Shown piece after piece: positions 18,448 through 27,837 of a stretch of 64,000 nt of DNA (its first letter is position 1; each line of letters starts with the position of its first letter). Position numbers and translations under genes: made by a program. A model generated the notes under the pieces. The model was not told the DNA's origin. It was given only the letters and a program-made list of their open reading frames with translations, and made no database searches. The stretch lies in contig CAYHGP010000001.1 of NCBI GenBank assembly GCA_964356195.1, positions 43,513-107,512 of the forward strand, given 5' to 3'. Source of the stretch: an uncultured Candidatus Peribacteria bacterium. Lineage in GTDB: Bacteria > Patescibacteriota > Gracilibacteria > UBA1369 > 2-02-FULL-48-14.

Positions 18448-19597
18448 CATACGCACAGAGCACGTTCACGGCCTCGAGCAATTCCTCGGGTGTTTCGCCG
18501 AAGGACATTCGGACATAATCCGGGCGGCCAAAAGGGGAGCCGGGGACAATGGCAATGTGGGCTTCTGTCAAAAGTTTTTCACACCACTGCACGTCGGTGA
18601 GGCCGAATTTGTCGAAAAGGGAGAGAGGCAAAAAGGAATAAAAAGCGGAGGCCGGGCGGGGCAAAGAAACGCCCAGGCCTTTTTCGAGAGCGGCGTAAAA
18701 AATATCCCGACGGTCTTGCATGGTCTTTCGAATCATTGGAGTGATTTTTTCTGCCTGTTCAAAAGCACTGACGCCGGCCCATTGGCTGACCACGCTGGTG
18801 CCGGTAAGAATCTGCCCCTGCAATGCTTCACAGGATTCAATGAGGGCTTCGGGGCCGAACAAAAATCCAAGACGCCAGCCCGTCATCCCGAAGGTTTTGG
18901 ACGCGCTTTGGATCACGGCGACACGGTCGCGGGTACGCTTGGAAGTGGCGGAAGAAGCGTAAGGAAGTCCATCGTAAACGAGGCCGCTGTACACTTCGTC
19001 GGAGAGGATCCAAAGATCGTGGCGCTCGGCAAAATCCAAAAATCCTTCGATTTCCTCTTTGCTGTAAACGATCCCCGTCGGATTGGTCCCGCTATTGAGA
19101 ATGAGCAACCGCGTTTTGGGCGTACAAAAAGCCTCCAAGTCTTCCGGGGCGAGCTTCCACCCATTTTTCGGAGAGGCGGGGACTGGAACCGGCTTTGCCC
19201 CAACAAGGTCCAACATTTGAGGGTACGATAAATAGTGCGGGGAAGGAATCAGCACTTCGTCTCCGGCGTTCAGCAAAGAAAGAAGAACCAAGTAAATCCC
19301 AAATTTTCCGCCGCCCGTTACAAGAACATTGTTCGCACGGTAGTCTGTTTGAAACTCGCGATTCATCCACTCGCTTGAGGCTTTTCGAAGTTCCGGGATT
19401 CCTCCGGCCGGCGGGTAAAGGGTGTTGCCGGTTTCGAGAGCTTCGTTGACGGCGGCTTTAAAAAAATGAGCGGTATCGACCTTGGGTTCGCCGGCACTTA
19501 AATTGTAAATGCGTTGTCCCGCGGCACGCAAACTTTGGGCGAGTCCGTTGATGGCGATGGTTGCGGAACTTTGAAAAATTCGAGGAGTTTGTGACAT
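18434..19597 (-). CDS. Class I/II PLP-dependent aminotransferase (aspartate/aromatic or prephenate aminotransferase candidate)
   Basis: LSAGEP, NPTG, and the SASKTFGMTGWRLGF PLP-lysine motif. It is the last gene of the aro/Phe/Tyr cluster. Confidence 0.85.
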   Translation of the reverse strand: MSQTPRIFQSSATIAINGLAQSLRAAGQRIYNLSAGEPKVDTAHFFKAAVNEALETGNTLYPPAGGIPELRKASSEWMNREFQTDYRANNVLVTGGGKFGIYLVLLSLLNAGDEVLIPSPHYLSYPQMLDLVGAKPVPVPASPKNGWKLAPEDLEAFCTPKTRLLILNSGTNPTGIVYSKEEIEGFLDFAERHDLWILSDEVYSGLVYDGLPYASSATSKRTRDRVAVIQSASKTFGMTGWRLGFLFGPEALIESCEALQGQILTGTSVVSQWAGVSAFEQAEKITPMIRKTMQDRRDIFYAALEKGLGVSLPRPASAFYSFLPLSLFDKFGLTDVQWCEKLLTEAHIAIVPGSPFGRPDYVRMSFGETPEELLEAVNVLCAYVRKA

Positions 19598-19602
19598 GGG
19601 TT

Positions 19603-20571
19603 TTATTGGAGTTTACGAGAATGAGAAATAATGGATTCAAAAAGGGCGTCCACGAAAGCGGGCGAAAGGTTTTTTTGTTTCGCCAAACGTTTGTGAAAGT
19701 TTTTAAGCTTTGTTTCCCGCTTGGGGTCCACTACGGCTTTCCCGGTTTTCCTCTTCATCACCCCGATGGTTTTGCTCAAATCCATGCGCTCCGCAAGCAC
19801 TTCAAGCAGTTCCTCGTCGAGGGTTTCGATGCGTTTTCGCGCTTGCGAAAGAGTTTTAGGGTTTTCAATTTCACGGTTTAAGCCTCTTATTTTCTTGAGT
19901 AAGTTTTCACGTACTTGAAGGGTGTAGGGGTTGTAGCGCTGCATATCAAAAAACAGTTCCCACGTGTCATTGTTCACGACGCTGTCGATGCGGCGGAGCG
20001 CTTCATAGTCGGGCGTGTAAAGTTCCTGCTCGGTGAGTTTTAGTGCGGCCAGTCCGCGGCCCAGGAAATGCACCAAGGCTTGGGAGCGGGCCATTTGTTT
20101 ATCGTGGTCTTCGGGCGTGGTTTCGAAAATTTCCAGACCCATGGCGTGGAAGAGTTTTTTGAGTTCATTGAGCTGCGGCTTTTTTACGCGGAGAGGGCAG
20201 AGCACGATGCGTCTTCCCTTGAGTCCGAGCCGTGCCACGGAGTCGGGACCAAAAAGAGGGTGCGTGGCGATTAAATTTTGTTCCGGTGAAAAGACTCTTT
20301 GCATCACTCGAGCCGGGTGAACTTTCACCGAACAGGCATCCACGATCAGCGTTTTAGGCGAAACTTTTTTGGCGATGCTTTTGCACAAAGCCTCGAAGTG
20401 ACCAATGGGAACAAGTAAAAACAAAACATCCGTACGAAGAACTTCTTCCAGTGTGCCGAACTTGGAGCCGGTTTTTTTGGCTTGATCAAAAATCTTCACT
20501 TCGCCATGAGACTTGAGGCATGAGGCCCACAGTTTTCCGAAACGTCCGTAGCCGATGATTCCAAAAGTCAT
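19603..20571 (-). CDS. tyrA: Prephenate dehydrogenase fused to a C-terminal AroQ-type chorismate mutase
   Basis: The N-terminus has a Rossmann motif (IIGYGRFGK) and a TyrA-like body. The last ~85 aa (ARKRIETLDEELLEVLAERMDLSKTIGVMK...DPKRE...SRKLQ) match the AroQ chorismate mutase helical pattern. Confidence 0.8.
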   Translation of the reverse strand: MTFGIIGYGRFGKLWASCLKSHGEVKIFDQAKKTGSKFGTLEEVLRTDVLFLLVPIGHFEALCKSIAKKVSPKTLIVDACSVKVHPARVMQRVFSPEQNLIATHPLFGPDSVARLGLKGRRIVLCPLRVKKPQLNELKKLFHAMGLEIFETTPEDHDKQMARSQALVHFLGRGLAALKLTEQELYTPDYEALRRIDSVVNNDTWELFFDMQRYNPYTLQVRENLLKKIRGLNREIENPKTLSQARKRIETLDEELLEVLAERMDLSKTIGVMKRKTGKAVVDPKRETKLKNFHKRLAKQKNLSPAFVDALFESIISHSRKLQ

Positions 20572-21272
20572 AGAGAGGAGAGATTACGAAGGACGAGGAA
20601 GGTGGTCACGTTGCCTTCCGGAAGATCTTGGACTCCATGCCACAGAGTTTCGAGGCCGAAGAGTTCTTTGCACCATGTCGGGCCGAGGATCGCCGTGTGA
20701 GCCAGAGGTTTAAGCAGAGCACTTTCCGGGTCTTCGAGTTCGTAGCTTGGGGTATTGGCAAGTTTTCTTAAGTCCTGAGCGGCCTTACCGGTGTCGGAGT
20801 AGGGAATGTCTTCAAAAGTTCGACGCACAATCCTTGGAATTCCTTTTCGACATTGTTCCACGGCCATGGAATAGGCGGCAAGGCGAGTCACCTCTTCGGG
20901 CTTTACTCCGGGGAGTGCGTGAATGGAAAATTCAATGGGGAGAGGGATAGGGACTCCGATGACCTTGTCTTTGTGGAGTTGGATAAATGTAGTCACCCAA
21001 TCTTTCAAAGGAGTGCCTTCGGGTGGAAGAGGGCAGCCCACCGCCATGAATCCTTTTTTTGAGCTGGGGACGGGGCCTCCCAAAGTGGGATTGAACACAG
21101 GAATTACCATGTGTGAGAATTCACGATTCCAAAATCTTTTAATGGCTAAAGGTGGCTCTAAAGATTCAACTGCAGGAAGACCCGCGAGATCTTTGTTTTG
21201 GGCTTGAGCCAGGTCGACGGCCTTCCAGGAGAAAGAGCCATAGTTTCCGCCGTATAAAATGCCTGGCTTCAT
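20568..21272 (-). CDS. pheA: Prephenate dehydratase (PDT domain only, no ACT regulatory domain)
   Basis: ILYGGNYGSFSWKA (compare the IAYxGxxGxxS block), VIPVFNPTLGGPV (compare VP-x-EN-S-x-x-G), NVTTFLVL (compare N-x-TRF-x-VL). At 234 aa it is too short to carry an ACT domain. Confidence 0.7.
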   Translation of the reverse strand: MKPGILYGGNYGSFSWKAVDLAQAQNKDLAGLPAVESLEPPLAIKRFWNREFSHMVIPVFNPTLGGPVPSSKKGFMAVGCPLPPEGTPLKDWVTTFIQLHKDKVIGVPIPLPIEFSIHALPGVKPEEVTRLAAYSMAVEQCRKGIPRIVRRTFEDIPYSDTGKAAQDLRKLANTPSYELEDPESALLKPLAHTAILGPTWCKELFGLETLWHGVQDLPEGNVTTFLVLRNLSSL

Positions 21273-21275
21273 GAG

Positions 21276-22328
21276 TCAATAGGTTAAAGTTCGATAGGCC
21301 TTTTCAAGAGTCTCTTTTGAAACGGAGTGCGTGTAGGCAGGGCCGTTTTTCAGCACTATGCCGGGGGCTTTCAATAGTACCAGTTTTACCTCTCCGTCTC
21401 GGTTTTTTTTATCATTTTGAAGTGTGGCCCAAACGGTCTCGAAATCGTAGGTTTTGATATCCTCGGGGTGACTCCCCAGGTTTTTTAGGGAGGCCAATAG
21501 GTCTTCCCAGTCTTCATTTTTGAGGTGGCCGAGTTCCACCGAAACGCGTGTTTCTACGAGCATCCCCAGGGCTACCGCAAAGCCATGAGGCAGGCCGTAG
21601 TTGCTGAGCTTCTCGAGTGCGTGCCCGACACTGTGACCAAGATTCAAAATTGCGCGCTGTCCGATTTCGCGTTCATCCTTTTCCACCACGCCGATTTTTA
21701 GCTGAATGGCGCGTTTAAAAAGAGAAATGTCGACGGCTTTTTTTGCGATGGCATATGCCTCTGCGTCCATGGCGAGGAACATTTTGATGGCCTCAAACCA
21801 GCCATTTGTCACTTCTTTTTCGGGCAAGGTTTTTAGGGTGTCGAGGTCCGCCACAATCAGTGCCGGGGTCCAAAACGCGCCAATCATATTTTTGCCAAAA
21901 GGCGTGTTTACGCCGACCTTCCCTCCAATCGAACTGTCTACCATCGAAAGTACGGTGGTGGGGATTTGAACGTAGGGAATGCCGCGTAAATAAGTGGCGG
22001 CAACAAAGCCGGCCAAGTCTCCAACTACGCCGCCGCCCAAGGCTAAAATGACTGTGTCTCGTCCATAGTTTTTTTCCAGAAGGGCGTGATCTAAGCTTTG
22101 TTTCGTCGCCTCGGTTTTTGAAGTTTCACCGGCAGGAAAAGAAAATAATTCTGTTTGCAGCCCGGCTTTTTTCATGACTTCCAAAAGTGCGTCCCCGTAT
22201 AATTTTTTAACGTTGGAATCGGTAATGAGGGCGTAGCGGTAGGCCGGCACTTTTTCTTTTAAAAGTTCCGGAAGTTTGGCGAGCAAACCGTTCCCCACGT
22301 AGACGTTGTTGTCTGAGTCAGAATTCAT
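21276..22328 (-). CDS. aroB: 3-dehydroquinate synthase
   Basis: LALGGGVVGDLAGFVAATYLRGIPYVQIPTT, and the histidine motifs GHSVGHALE and LPHGFAV. Confidence 0.93.
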   Translation of the reverse strand: MNSDSDNNVYVGNGLLAKLPELLKEKVPAYRYALITDSNVKKLYGDALLEVMKKAGLQTELFSFPAGETSKTEATKQSLDHALLEKNYGRDTVILALGGGVVGDLAGFVAATYLRGIPYVQIPTTVLSMVDSSIGGKVGVNTPFGKNMIGAFWTPALIVADLDTLKTLPEKEVTNGWFEAIKMFLAMDAEAYAIAKKAVDISLFKRAIQLKIGVVEKDEREIGQRAILNLGHSVGHALEKLSNYGLPHGFAVALGMLVETRVSVELGHLKNEDWEDLLASLKNLGSHPEDIKTYDFETVWATLQNDKKNRDGEVKLVLLKAPGIVLKNGPAYTHSVSKETLEKAYRTLTY

Positions 22329-23368
22329 TTGGAAAGGGAGTTTTTCATCTCAAGAAGTAAAGCCTCGGTGTCTTCCCAGCTGATACAGGGATCGGTTACG
22401 GAAAGGCCGCAAAGGTTGATGGTTTCGGGAGTATGATCCTCCAGTTTTTGATTCCCCGGAAGCAAGAAACTTTCGAGCATAAAGCCTTTCACAAAATGAT
22501 TCAGCTCGGGGTAGAGCGCAAGCGTGGAAAGGACCTCGCGCACCACATGAATTTGCTGGAGTGGATTTTTCACCCCGTTGAGTTTGCAGTTGTCGTGGCT
22601 GGCATCAATTACAATGGAAGGATTTTTTACGTGAGCTTTTTCTAAAAATTCCTTGGCTTTGTATAAATCTTCAACGTGGTAATTGGGGTCTGTCATTCCT
22701 CCGCGAAGTACGAGGTGAGCGTAAGGATTTCCTTGGGTTTTCACTTGCATCCCGTCGAAAACGGCGGTGTGTCCGTGTTGCGCCGCGAGGACGCTGTTCA
22801 CGCCAATTTCAATATGTCCGCTGGTGGGATTTTTCATCCCCACGGGGCATTCCACTGCGGAGGCAAAAATGCGGTGTTCTTGATCCTCGGTACTGCGCGC
22901 GCCAATAGCGAGCCAAGAAATGAGTTCGATGAAGCCTTTGGCATTGCCCGTGAACACGGCTTCGTCCGCGATTGGGAGACCGAGTTCAATCACCTCCACC
23001 ATGAGGCGGCGCGCGTAGTAGGCACCTGCTTCGATGTCCGGAGCTTCGAAAGGATTCGGTTGATTCACCGGTCCGAGCCAGCCCTTTGTGGTGCGCGGTT
23101 TTTGGATGTAAAGGCGCATCACAATCTTGAGCTTGTCTTTCACTTTTTCGTTGAGTTCGACGAGTTTTTTTGCATAGCCCACGACTGCTTCGTGAGGCCA
23201 AGCTGAACAAGGACCCACCACCACTAACTTGCGGGAATCTTCACCCGCGAGAATGGCTTGAATTTCTTTGCGATCCTGCGCGATGCGCCCAAAGGCTTCA
23301 TCGGAAAGAGGGATGGCCTGAATGATGTCTTCCGCCCGCGGCAATTTTTTTTGGACCGAGTAACGCAT
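22325..23368 (-). CDS. aroG: 3-deoxy-7-phosphoheptulonate (DAHP) synthase, class I
   Basis: VVVGPCS, KPRTTKGWLG, SWLAIGARSTE, IDASHDN: class I DAHPS signatures. Confidence 0.9.
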   Translation of the reverse strand: MRYSVQKKLPRAEDIIQAIPLSDEAFGRIAQDRKEIQAILAGEDSRKLVVVGPCSAWPHEAVVGYAKKLVELNEKVKDKLKIVMRLYIQKPRTTKGWLGPVNQPNPFEAPDIEAGAYYARRLMVEVIELGLPIADEAVFTGNAKGFIELISWLAIGARSTEDQEHRIFASAVECPVGMKNPTSGHIEIGVNSVLAAQHGHTAVFDGMQVKTQGNPYAHLVLRGGMTDPNYHVEDLYKAKEFLEKAHVKNPSIVIDASHDNCKLNGVKNPLQQIHVVREVLSTLALYPELNHFVKGFMLESFLLPGNQKLEDHTPETINLCGLSVTDPCISWEDTEALLLEMKNSLSK

Positions 23369-23377
23369 AGGTAAAAA

Positions 23378-24148
23378 TTAAGAGTTTAAAACAAAAGTTT
23401 CCCAAAGGCGAATTTGCTCCAAAGCCTGCGCCTTGAACATGACGAGCCCCGAGCGCGTCTCCACACCGGCGGCCTTGGCTTCGCGAAGCAGGCGCGTTTC
23501 TTCTGGATTGTACACAAGGTCGAACACGGTTTGGCCAGCTCTCAAGAAAGAAGCGTCCAATGGCGTTTCATCTTCCTTGGGAGCGAGTCCCACCGGGGTG
23601 GCATTGATGATGACGTCAAATTGTTCGGTGCTTAAATCGGCTTCGTTAATAGCGCGGCCTCCGAACTTGGTCACCAATTCTTCTGCCCGGTCGCGGTTTC
23701 GATTCAAACAGAAAAGCTCGGCACCTTCGTCCCGTACAAAAGCGGCGGCCGGTTTTGCAGCGCCACCTGCGCCCAAGAGCAAAACTTTTTTGCCATTTAA
23801 AGGGATGCCCGCAAGTGCCTTTGAAATTCCGAAGTAATCAGTATTGTAGCCCAGCAATTTTCCGTTTTTTTGGAGGACGGTGTTCACACTTTGAAGGCGT
23901 TCCGCCAGCGGATCGATTTCATCCAAAAAAGGCAAAATGATTTCTTTAAAGGGAAGGGTGACTGCGGTGAGGCCAATGTTCAAAGCACGCACTCCTTGAA
24001 TTAACGCCGACAGGTCCTCGTTTTCAAAGGCGAGCATGATCGCGTCATGACCCCGTTTGACGTATTCCTCTCTATGAAAGAAAGGACTGAGGCTGTGAGC
24101 CAAAGGGAATCCAATGACTGCGTTGAGTTTTGTTCGAGCAGTGATCAT
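23378..24148 (-). CDS. aroE: Shikimate 5-dehydrogenase
   Basis: GFPLAHSLSP, NTDYFG, LLGAGGAAK. Confidence 0.92.
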   Translation of the reverse strand: MITARTKLNAVIGFPLAHSLSPFFHREEYVKRGHDAIMLAFENEDLSALIQGVRALNIGLTAVTLPFKEIILPFLDEIDPLAERLQSVNTVLQKNGKLLGYNTDYFGISKALAGIPLNGKKVLLLGAGGAAKPAAAFVRDEGAELFCLNRNRDRAEELVTKFGGRAINEADLSTEQFDVIINATPVGLAPKEDETPLDASFLRAGQTVFDLVYNPEETRLLREAKAAGVETRSGLVMFKAQALEQIRLWETFVLNS

Positions 24149-24582
24149 AAATTGGTAACTAAGAAAGTGAGAGCTTCTTCATAAGACTTCAGTTGCTTGC
24201 CGTGAAAACTTTTTAAGCAAGCCGCTTCGGTCACGGAAATAGCGCGCCAAGGTTCTCGATTTTTAATGTCGGAAAGGTGAACTTCAACGCAAGGCAGGCC
24301 GCAGTCCACAAGGCCGTCGTGGAGGGCATAGCTGCTGTGGGTGAGGGCGCCGGGATTGATTAAAATTCCAACCGCTTCCGTGGATTTTTCTTGGATCCAG
24401 TCGATGAGAGCGCCTTCGTGATTCGATTGAAAACACTCGAGTTCGTGGCCTTGGTGTTCGGCGAGTTCCCGCATATTTTCTTCGAGTTCTGGAAGCGTCA
24501 TCGTCCCATAATGTGCAGGGTCGCGCTGCCCGAGACGATTCAAATTCGGCCCGTGGATGAGAAGGATTTTAGTCATGAGCAA
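24145..24582 (-). CDS. aroQ: Type II 3-dehydroquinate dehydratase
   Basis: ILLIHGPNLNRLGQRDPAHYG, INPGALTHSSYAL, VEVHLSDI. Confidence 0.93.
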   Translation of the reverse strand: MLMTKILLIHGPNLNRLGQRDPAHYGTMTLPELEENMRELAEHQGHELECFQSNHEGALIDWIQEKSTEAVGILINPGALTHSSYALHDGLVDCGLPCVEVHLSDIKNREPWRAISVTEAACLKSFHGKQLKSYEEALTFLVTNL

Positions 24583-25105
24583 GATTTAAACGAGTAAGAA
24601 CTTCTTCGGCTAAAGAATCAATAGTGCCTTCATTGTTAACACTGATCCCGGCCAACTCTTCAAAGACCGGCATCCGCTGTTCCCAGAGCTCCTGAAACTG
24701 GTCGAAAGCATCTTTTTCTTGAGAGAAAAAAGCCGGTTTTCCATTGATCATGATGCGTTCAAAAACAATGCTTCGTGGCGCCGTTACGTGAACAATTTGT
24801 TGTCCTTTGAGTAGGGCTTGATTGCGTTTCATGAGAGGAGTGCCGCCGCCCAGGGCTAAAATCAGCGGGGTGTTTTCGGTAAGAATTTCTTTGAGAGCAT
24901 CGCTTTCCAAGGCGCGGAAAAATTCTTCGCCGTGGTGCTGTAAAATTTCACGGCACGTCTGTTCTTTGCCGCATTGCGTTGTGTGCAAACGAATAATTTC
25001 TGAGTCTAAGTCGACAAAGGGCCGATTGAGTCGCAGGGACAGCCTTTCCCCGAGTAGTGTTTTGCCAGCGTGTTTGAATCCGATAATGATTAGATGTGAA
25101 GTCAT
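24569..25105 (-). CDS. aroK: Shikimate kinase
   Basis: Degenerate P-loop GFKHAGKT, FVDLD, LGGG. Length 178 aa. Confidence 0.85.
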   Translation of the reverse strand: MTSHLIIIGFKHAGKTLLGERLSLRLNRPFVDLDSEIIRLHTTQCGKEQTCREILQHHGEEFFRALESDALKEILTENTPLILALGGGTPLMKRNQALLKGQQIVHVTAPRSIVFERIMINGKPAFFSQEKDAFDQFQELWEQRMPVFEELAGISVNNEGTIDSLAEEVLTRLNLAHD

Positions 25106-26382
25106 GGTTTAGTTGTGAGTTGAAGTAAATGGTCCTCGAACAGGCAATAACTTTTCCCGAGGGCTTCTGCAGTATCAATAGTGGTTTCGTTTTTTGCCAG
25201 GAGTCCTGCCAAGGCCAGCGCCATAACGGTTCGATGATCGTTAAAACCACGTACTTTTGCTCCATGCAGTTGTGATGGGTGAACCACGAGTCCATCCGGC
25301 AACTCTTCGATATTTGCTCCCATGGCCCGTAAGCCTTCCGTCATAGAATGCAGTCGGTCGGTTTCTTTTACGCGAGCTTGGGGAACATTCAAAATGCGTG
25401 TGATTCCCTTGGCCTGCGTTCCAAGTACCGCAAGCGTCGGTACTAAATCCGGGACGTCATTCGCGTCGATGTCGATTCCCGTGAGAGGGGACTTGTGAAC
25501 ACGAATAAATTCTTTGGAAACGTCCACTTTTGCACTCATTGCTTCCAAAATGGAGAGCAAGCGGCGGTCGCCTTGAAGATCGTTTGGATCCAAGCCTTCT
25601 AGCTTCACGTCGCCAGTGAATAGAGCCCCCGCCGCCAAAAAAGTTGAAGCGGAAGAGTAGTCTCCGGGGATTTTGTAATCGATGGGTGAGTAGTGTTGGC
25701 CCGCCGGTAAATGGAAACGATCCATGTTGCCTTCTAGCACATGGCTAAATTGGATGCCTTGCGAACGGAGCCATTCCAAAGTGAGTTCCATGTAAGGGCG
25801 TTCGTTGAGATTTTCCACTTGCAGATCCAAGTCCTGCTCGGCGTAGATGCCGGACAGTAAAAGGGCGGAAATGAATTGAGACGTAAGACCGTTGACGCGG
25901 GCTCTGCCGCCCGTGAGAGGACCTTTTATTGTGATGGGCCAAGAAGCCGATTCCACGTGGCAGCCAAGGTCGGAAAGATTATTCAGCAAGTCCTGAAGCG
26001 GGCGGGTTTTCATTTGTTCACCTGTGTTGATTTGCATGGGGCGGGCGCCTTTTGTGAGCGCCAAAATGGGAAGGACGAAGCGTGTGGTGATGCCGGAATT
26101 TGCGGTGAAGAGGCTGTCTTTTATGGGGTTCAAGGGAACGCCCCGGCTTTCGATTTGCAGACAATCTTCATGACAAGTTGCAGGTTTGATTTGCGCGCCT
26201 AAATTTCGGCATACCTCGATGGCCGTCGAAACATCTTCCGAGTCAGGAAGAAAATGCAAAGTGGAGGTGCCCTTCGCCATTGTTGCAAGAAGCAGCGCCC
26301 TGATGCTCTGGGATTTGGATCCCGGAATGCGCAGGGTGCCGTTCAGTGTGGTGTTGGGAAAAACGTGTAGGTCCATAAACAA
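25102..26382 (-). CDS. aroA: 3-phosphoshikimate 1-carboxyvinyltransferase (EPSP synthase)
   Basis: IPGSKSQSIRALLLA, NSGITTRF, DHRTVMALALAGL. Confidence 0.94.
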   Translation of the reverse strand: MFMDLHVFPNTTLNGTLRIPGSKSQSIRALLLATMAKGTSTLHFLPDSEDVSTAIEVCRNLGAQIKPATCHEDCLQIESRGVPLNPIKDSLFTANSGITTRFVLPILALTKGARPMQINTGEQMKTRPLQDLLNNLSDLGCHVESASWPITIKGPLTGGRARVNGLTSQFISALLLSGIYAEQDLDLQVENLNERPYMELTLEWLRSQGIQFSHVLEGNMDRFHLPAGQHYSPIDYKIPGDYSSASTFLAAGALFTGDVKLEGLDPNDLQGDRRLLSILEAMSAKVDVSKEFIRVHKSPLTGIDIDANDVPDLVPTLAVLGTQAKGITRILNVPQARVKETDRLHSMTEGLRAMGANIEELPDGLVVHPSQLHGAKVRGFNDHRTVMALALAGLLAKNETTIDTAEALGKSYCLFEDHLLQLTTKP

Positions 26383-26397
26383 AAAGTCCCCGCGAGT

Positions 26398-26442
26398 GCG
26401 AGGCCTAGGGGTAAAAAATTACACACTTCTTAGAGGCCTCGC
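26398..26442. promoter_or_regulatory. Inverted repeat in the divergent aroA / U32 intergenic region
   Basis: GCGAGGCCT (26398-26406) and its perfect complement AGGCCTCGC (26434-26442), separated by 27 nt and lying 16-60 nt upstream of the aroA start codon. Confidence 0.35.
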
Positions 26443-26589
26443 TGTTGGGCGAAGAAATAAAAGCCGCTAAAAAACCAAGTGTGTACCATAAAGTGAAGTA
26501 ATACTACGCCTAGTTTAAGGGGGCTGTCAATTTCTTTACATCAAGGCGGTTTTTGGCTAAAAGAGAGTCACACAGTTTACAGCACTTTT

Positions 26590-27837
26590 ATGCAAAAAAT
26601 TGAAATCATGGCTCCGGTAGGTTCGTTTGAGGCCTTTGCAGCGGCGCTGAATGCCGGATGTGACAGTGTCTACTTTGGGGTGGAGCAGCTCAATATGCGG
26701 GCGAGGGCTTCGCACAATTTTACTCTGGAAGAACTTAAGGAAGTGGCTCAAACCTGCCGTGAACACGGGGTTCGTTCTTACCTCACCATGAACACCTTGC
26801 TGTATCAGCATGACCTTATCTTGATGCGCAAGATTTTGGATGCGGCGAAGGAGGCGGACATTTCAGCGATTATTATTCAGGATATTGCAGCGATTCAGTA
26901 CGCGCGTTCCATCGGGCTGTCCATTCATGCGTCCACGCAACTTTCCATCTCCAATTACGAGGCCGTGAAGTTCTACGCGCAGTTTGCGGATACTATTGTT
27001 TTAGCCCGTGAAGTGGACATGGACATGATGCGAGAGATTTGTGAGAACATCGAAAAAGATCAGCTCAAAGGACCTGCCGGAAACTTGGTTCGCATTGAGG
27101 TTTTTGTGCATGGCGCGCTGTGCATCGCGCAAAGCGGTCGTTGCCAAATGAGTTTGATCACCAATAATACTTCGGCTCAGCGTGGGGCTTGCCTGCAGGA
27201 ATGTCGGAAAAAATATAAAGTGATTGACGAGGAAACCGGCACGGAAATGGTGATTGATAATGAGTATGTACTTAGTCCGACGGACCTCTGTTGCTTGCCC
27301 TTTTTGGATAAGCTCGCTGCCACCGGCGTGTCTGTCTTTAAGATTGAAGGTCGCGGGAAAAGCGCCGATTATGTGAGCAAAGTGGTGCAGATGTATCGCG
27401 AGGCGCGGGACGCCATTATGGAAAAAACTTTCACGCAAGAAAAGATTGATCATTGGATGGAGGAGCTGAAAAGTGTGTACAATCGGGGGTTTTCCGAGGG
27501 TTATTACTTGGGACGAAAGCTTCCGGAGTGGAGCGGGTTTTCCGGAAATAAATCAACGGATGAAAAGATTTATGTGGGTGAGGTGAGCCACTATTTCCCA
27601 AAGGCGAAAGCGGCGGAATTGAATACTTTGGCGCATGAAATCAAAAAAGGAGATCGATTTGTGATTATTGGGAAAACGACTGGAGCGGTGTATGGCAGTG
27701 TTGAGAATATGTTGAAAGAGAATGTGAGCGTTGAAACGTCCGGCAAGCAATGTCTAGTCACGATTCCATTGGCGGAAACGGTTCGCGAGCATGACAAGAT
27801 TTATCTTCTTAAATCCCGCGCTCTCGATGTCCTTTAA
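26590..27837 (+). CDS. Peptidase U32 family protein (TrhP/RlhA/YrrO-type candidate RNA hydroxylase)
   Basis: Exact match to the U32 signature E-x-F-x2-G-[SA]-[LIVM]-C-x4-G-x-C-x-[LIVM]-S (EVFVHGALCIAQSGRCQMS). The N-terminus IEIMAPVGSFEAFAAALNAGCDSVYFG is typical of the family. Confidence 0.9.
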   Translation: MQKIEIMAPVGSFEAFAAALNAGCDSVYFGVEQLNMRARASHNFTLEELKEVAQTCREHGVRSYLTMNTLLYQHDLILMRKILDAAKEADISAIIIQDIAAIQYARSIGLSIHASTQLSISNYEAVKFYAQFADTIVLAREVDMDMMREICENIEKDQLKGPAGNLVRIEVFVHGALCIAQSGRCQMSLITNNTSAQRGACLQECRKKYKVIDEETGTEMVIDNEYVLSPTDLCCLPFLDKLAATGVSVFKIEGRGKSADYVSKVVQMYREARDAIMEKTFTQEKIDHWMEELKSVYNRGFSEGYYLGRKLPEWSGFSGNKSTDEKIYVGEVSHYFPKAKAAELNTLAHEIKKGDRFVIIGKTTGAVYGSVENMLKENVSVETSGKQCLVTIPLAETVREHDKIYLLKSRALDVL

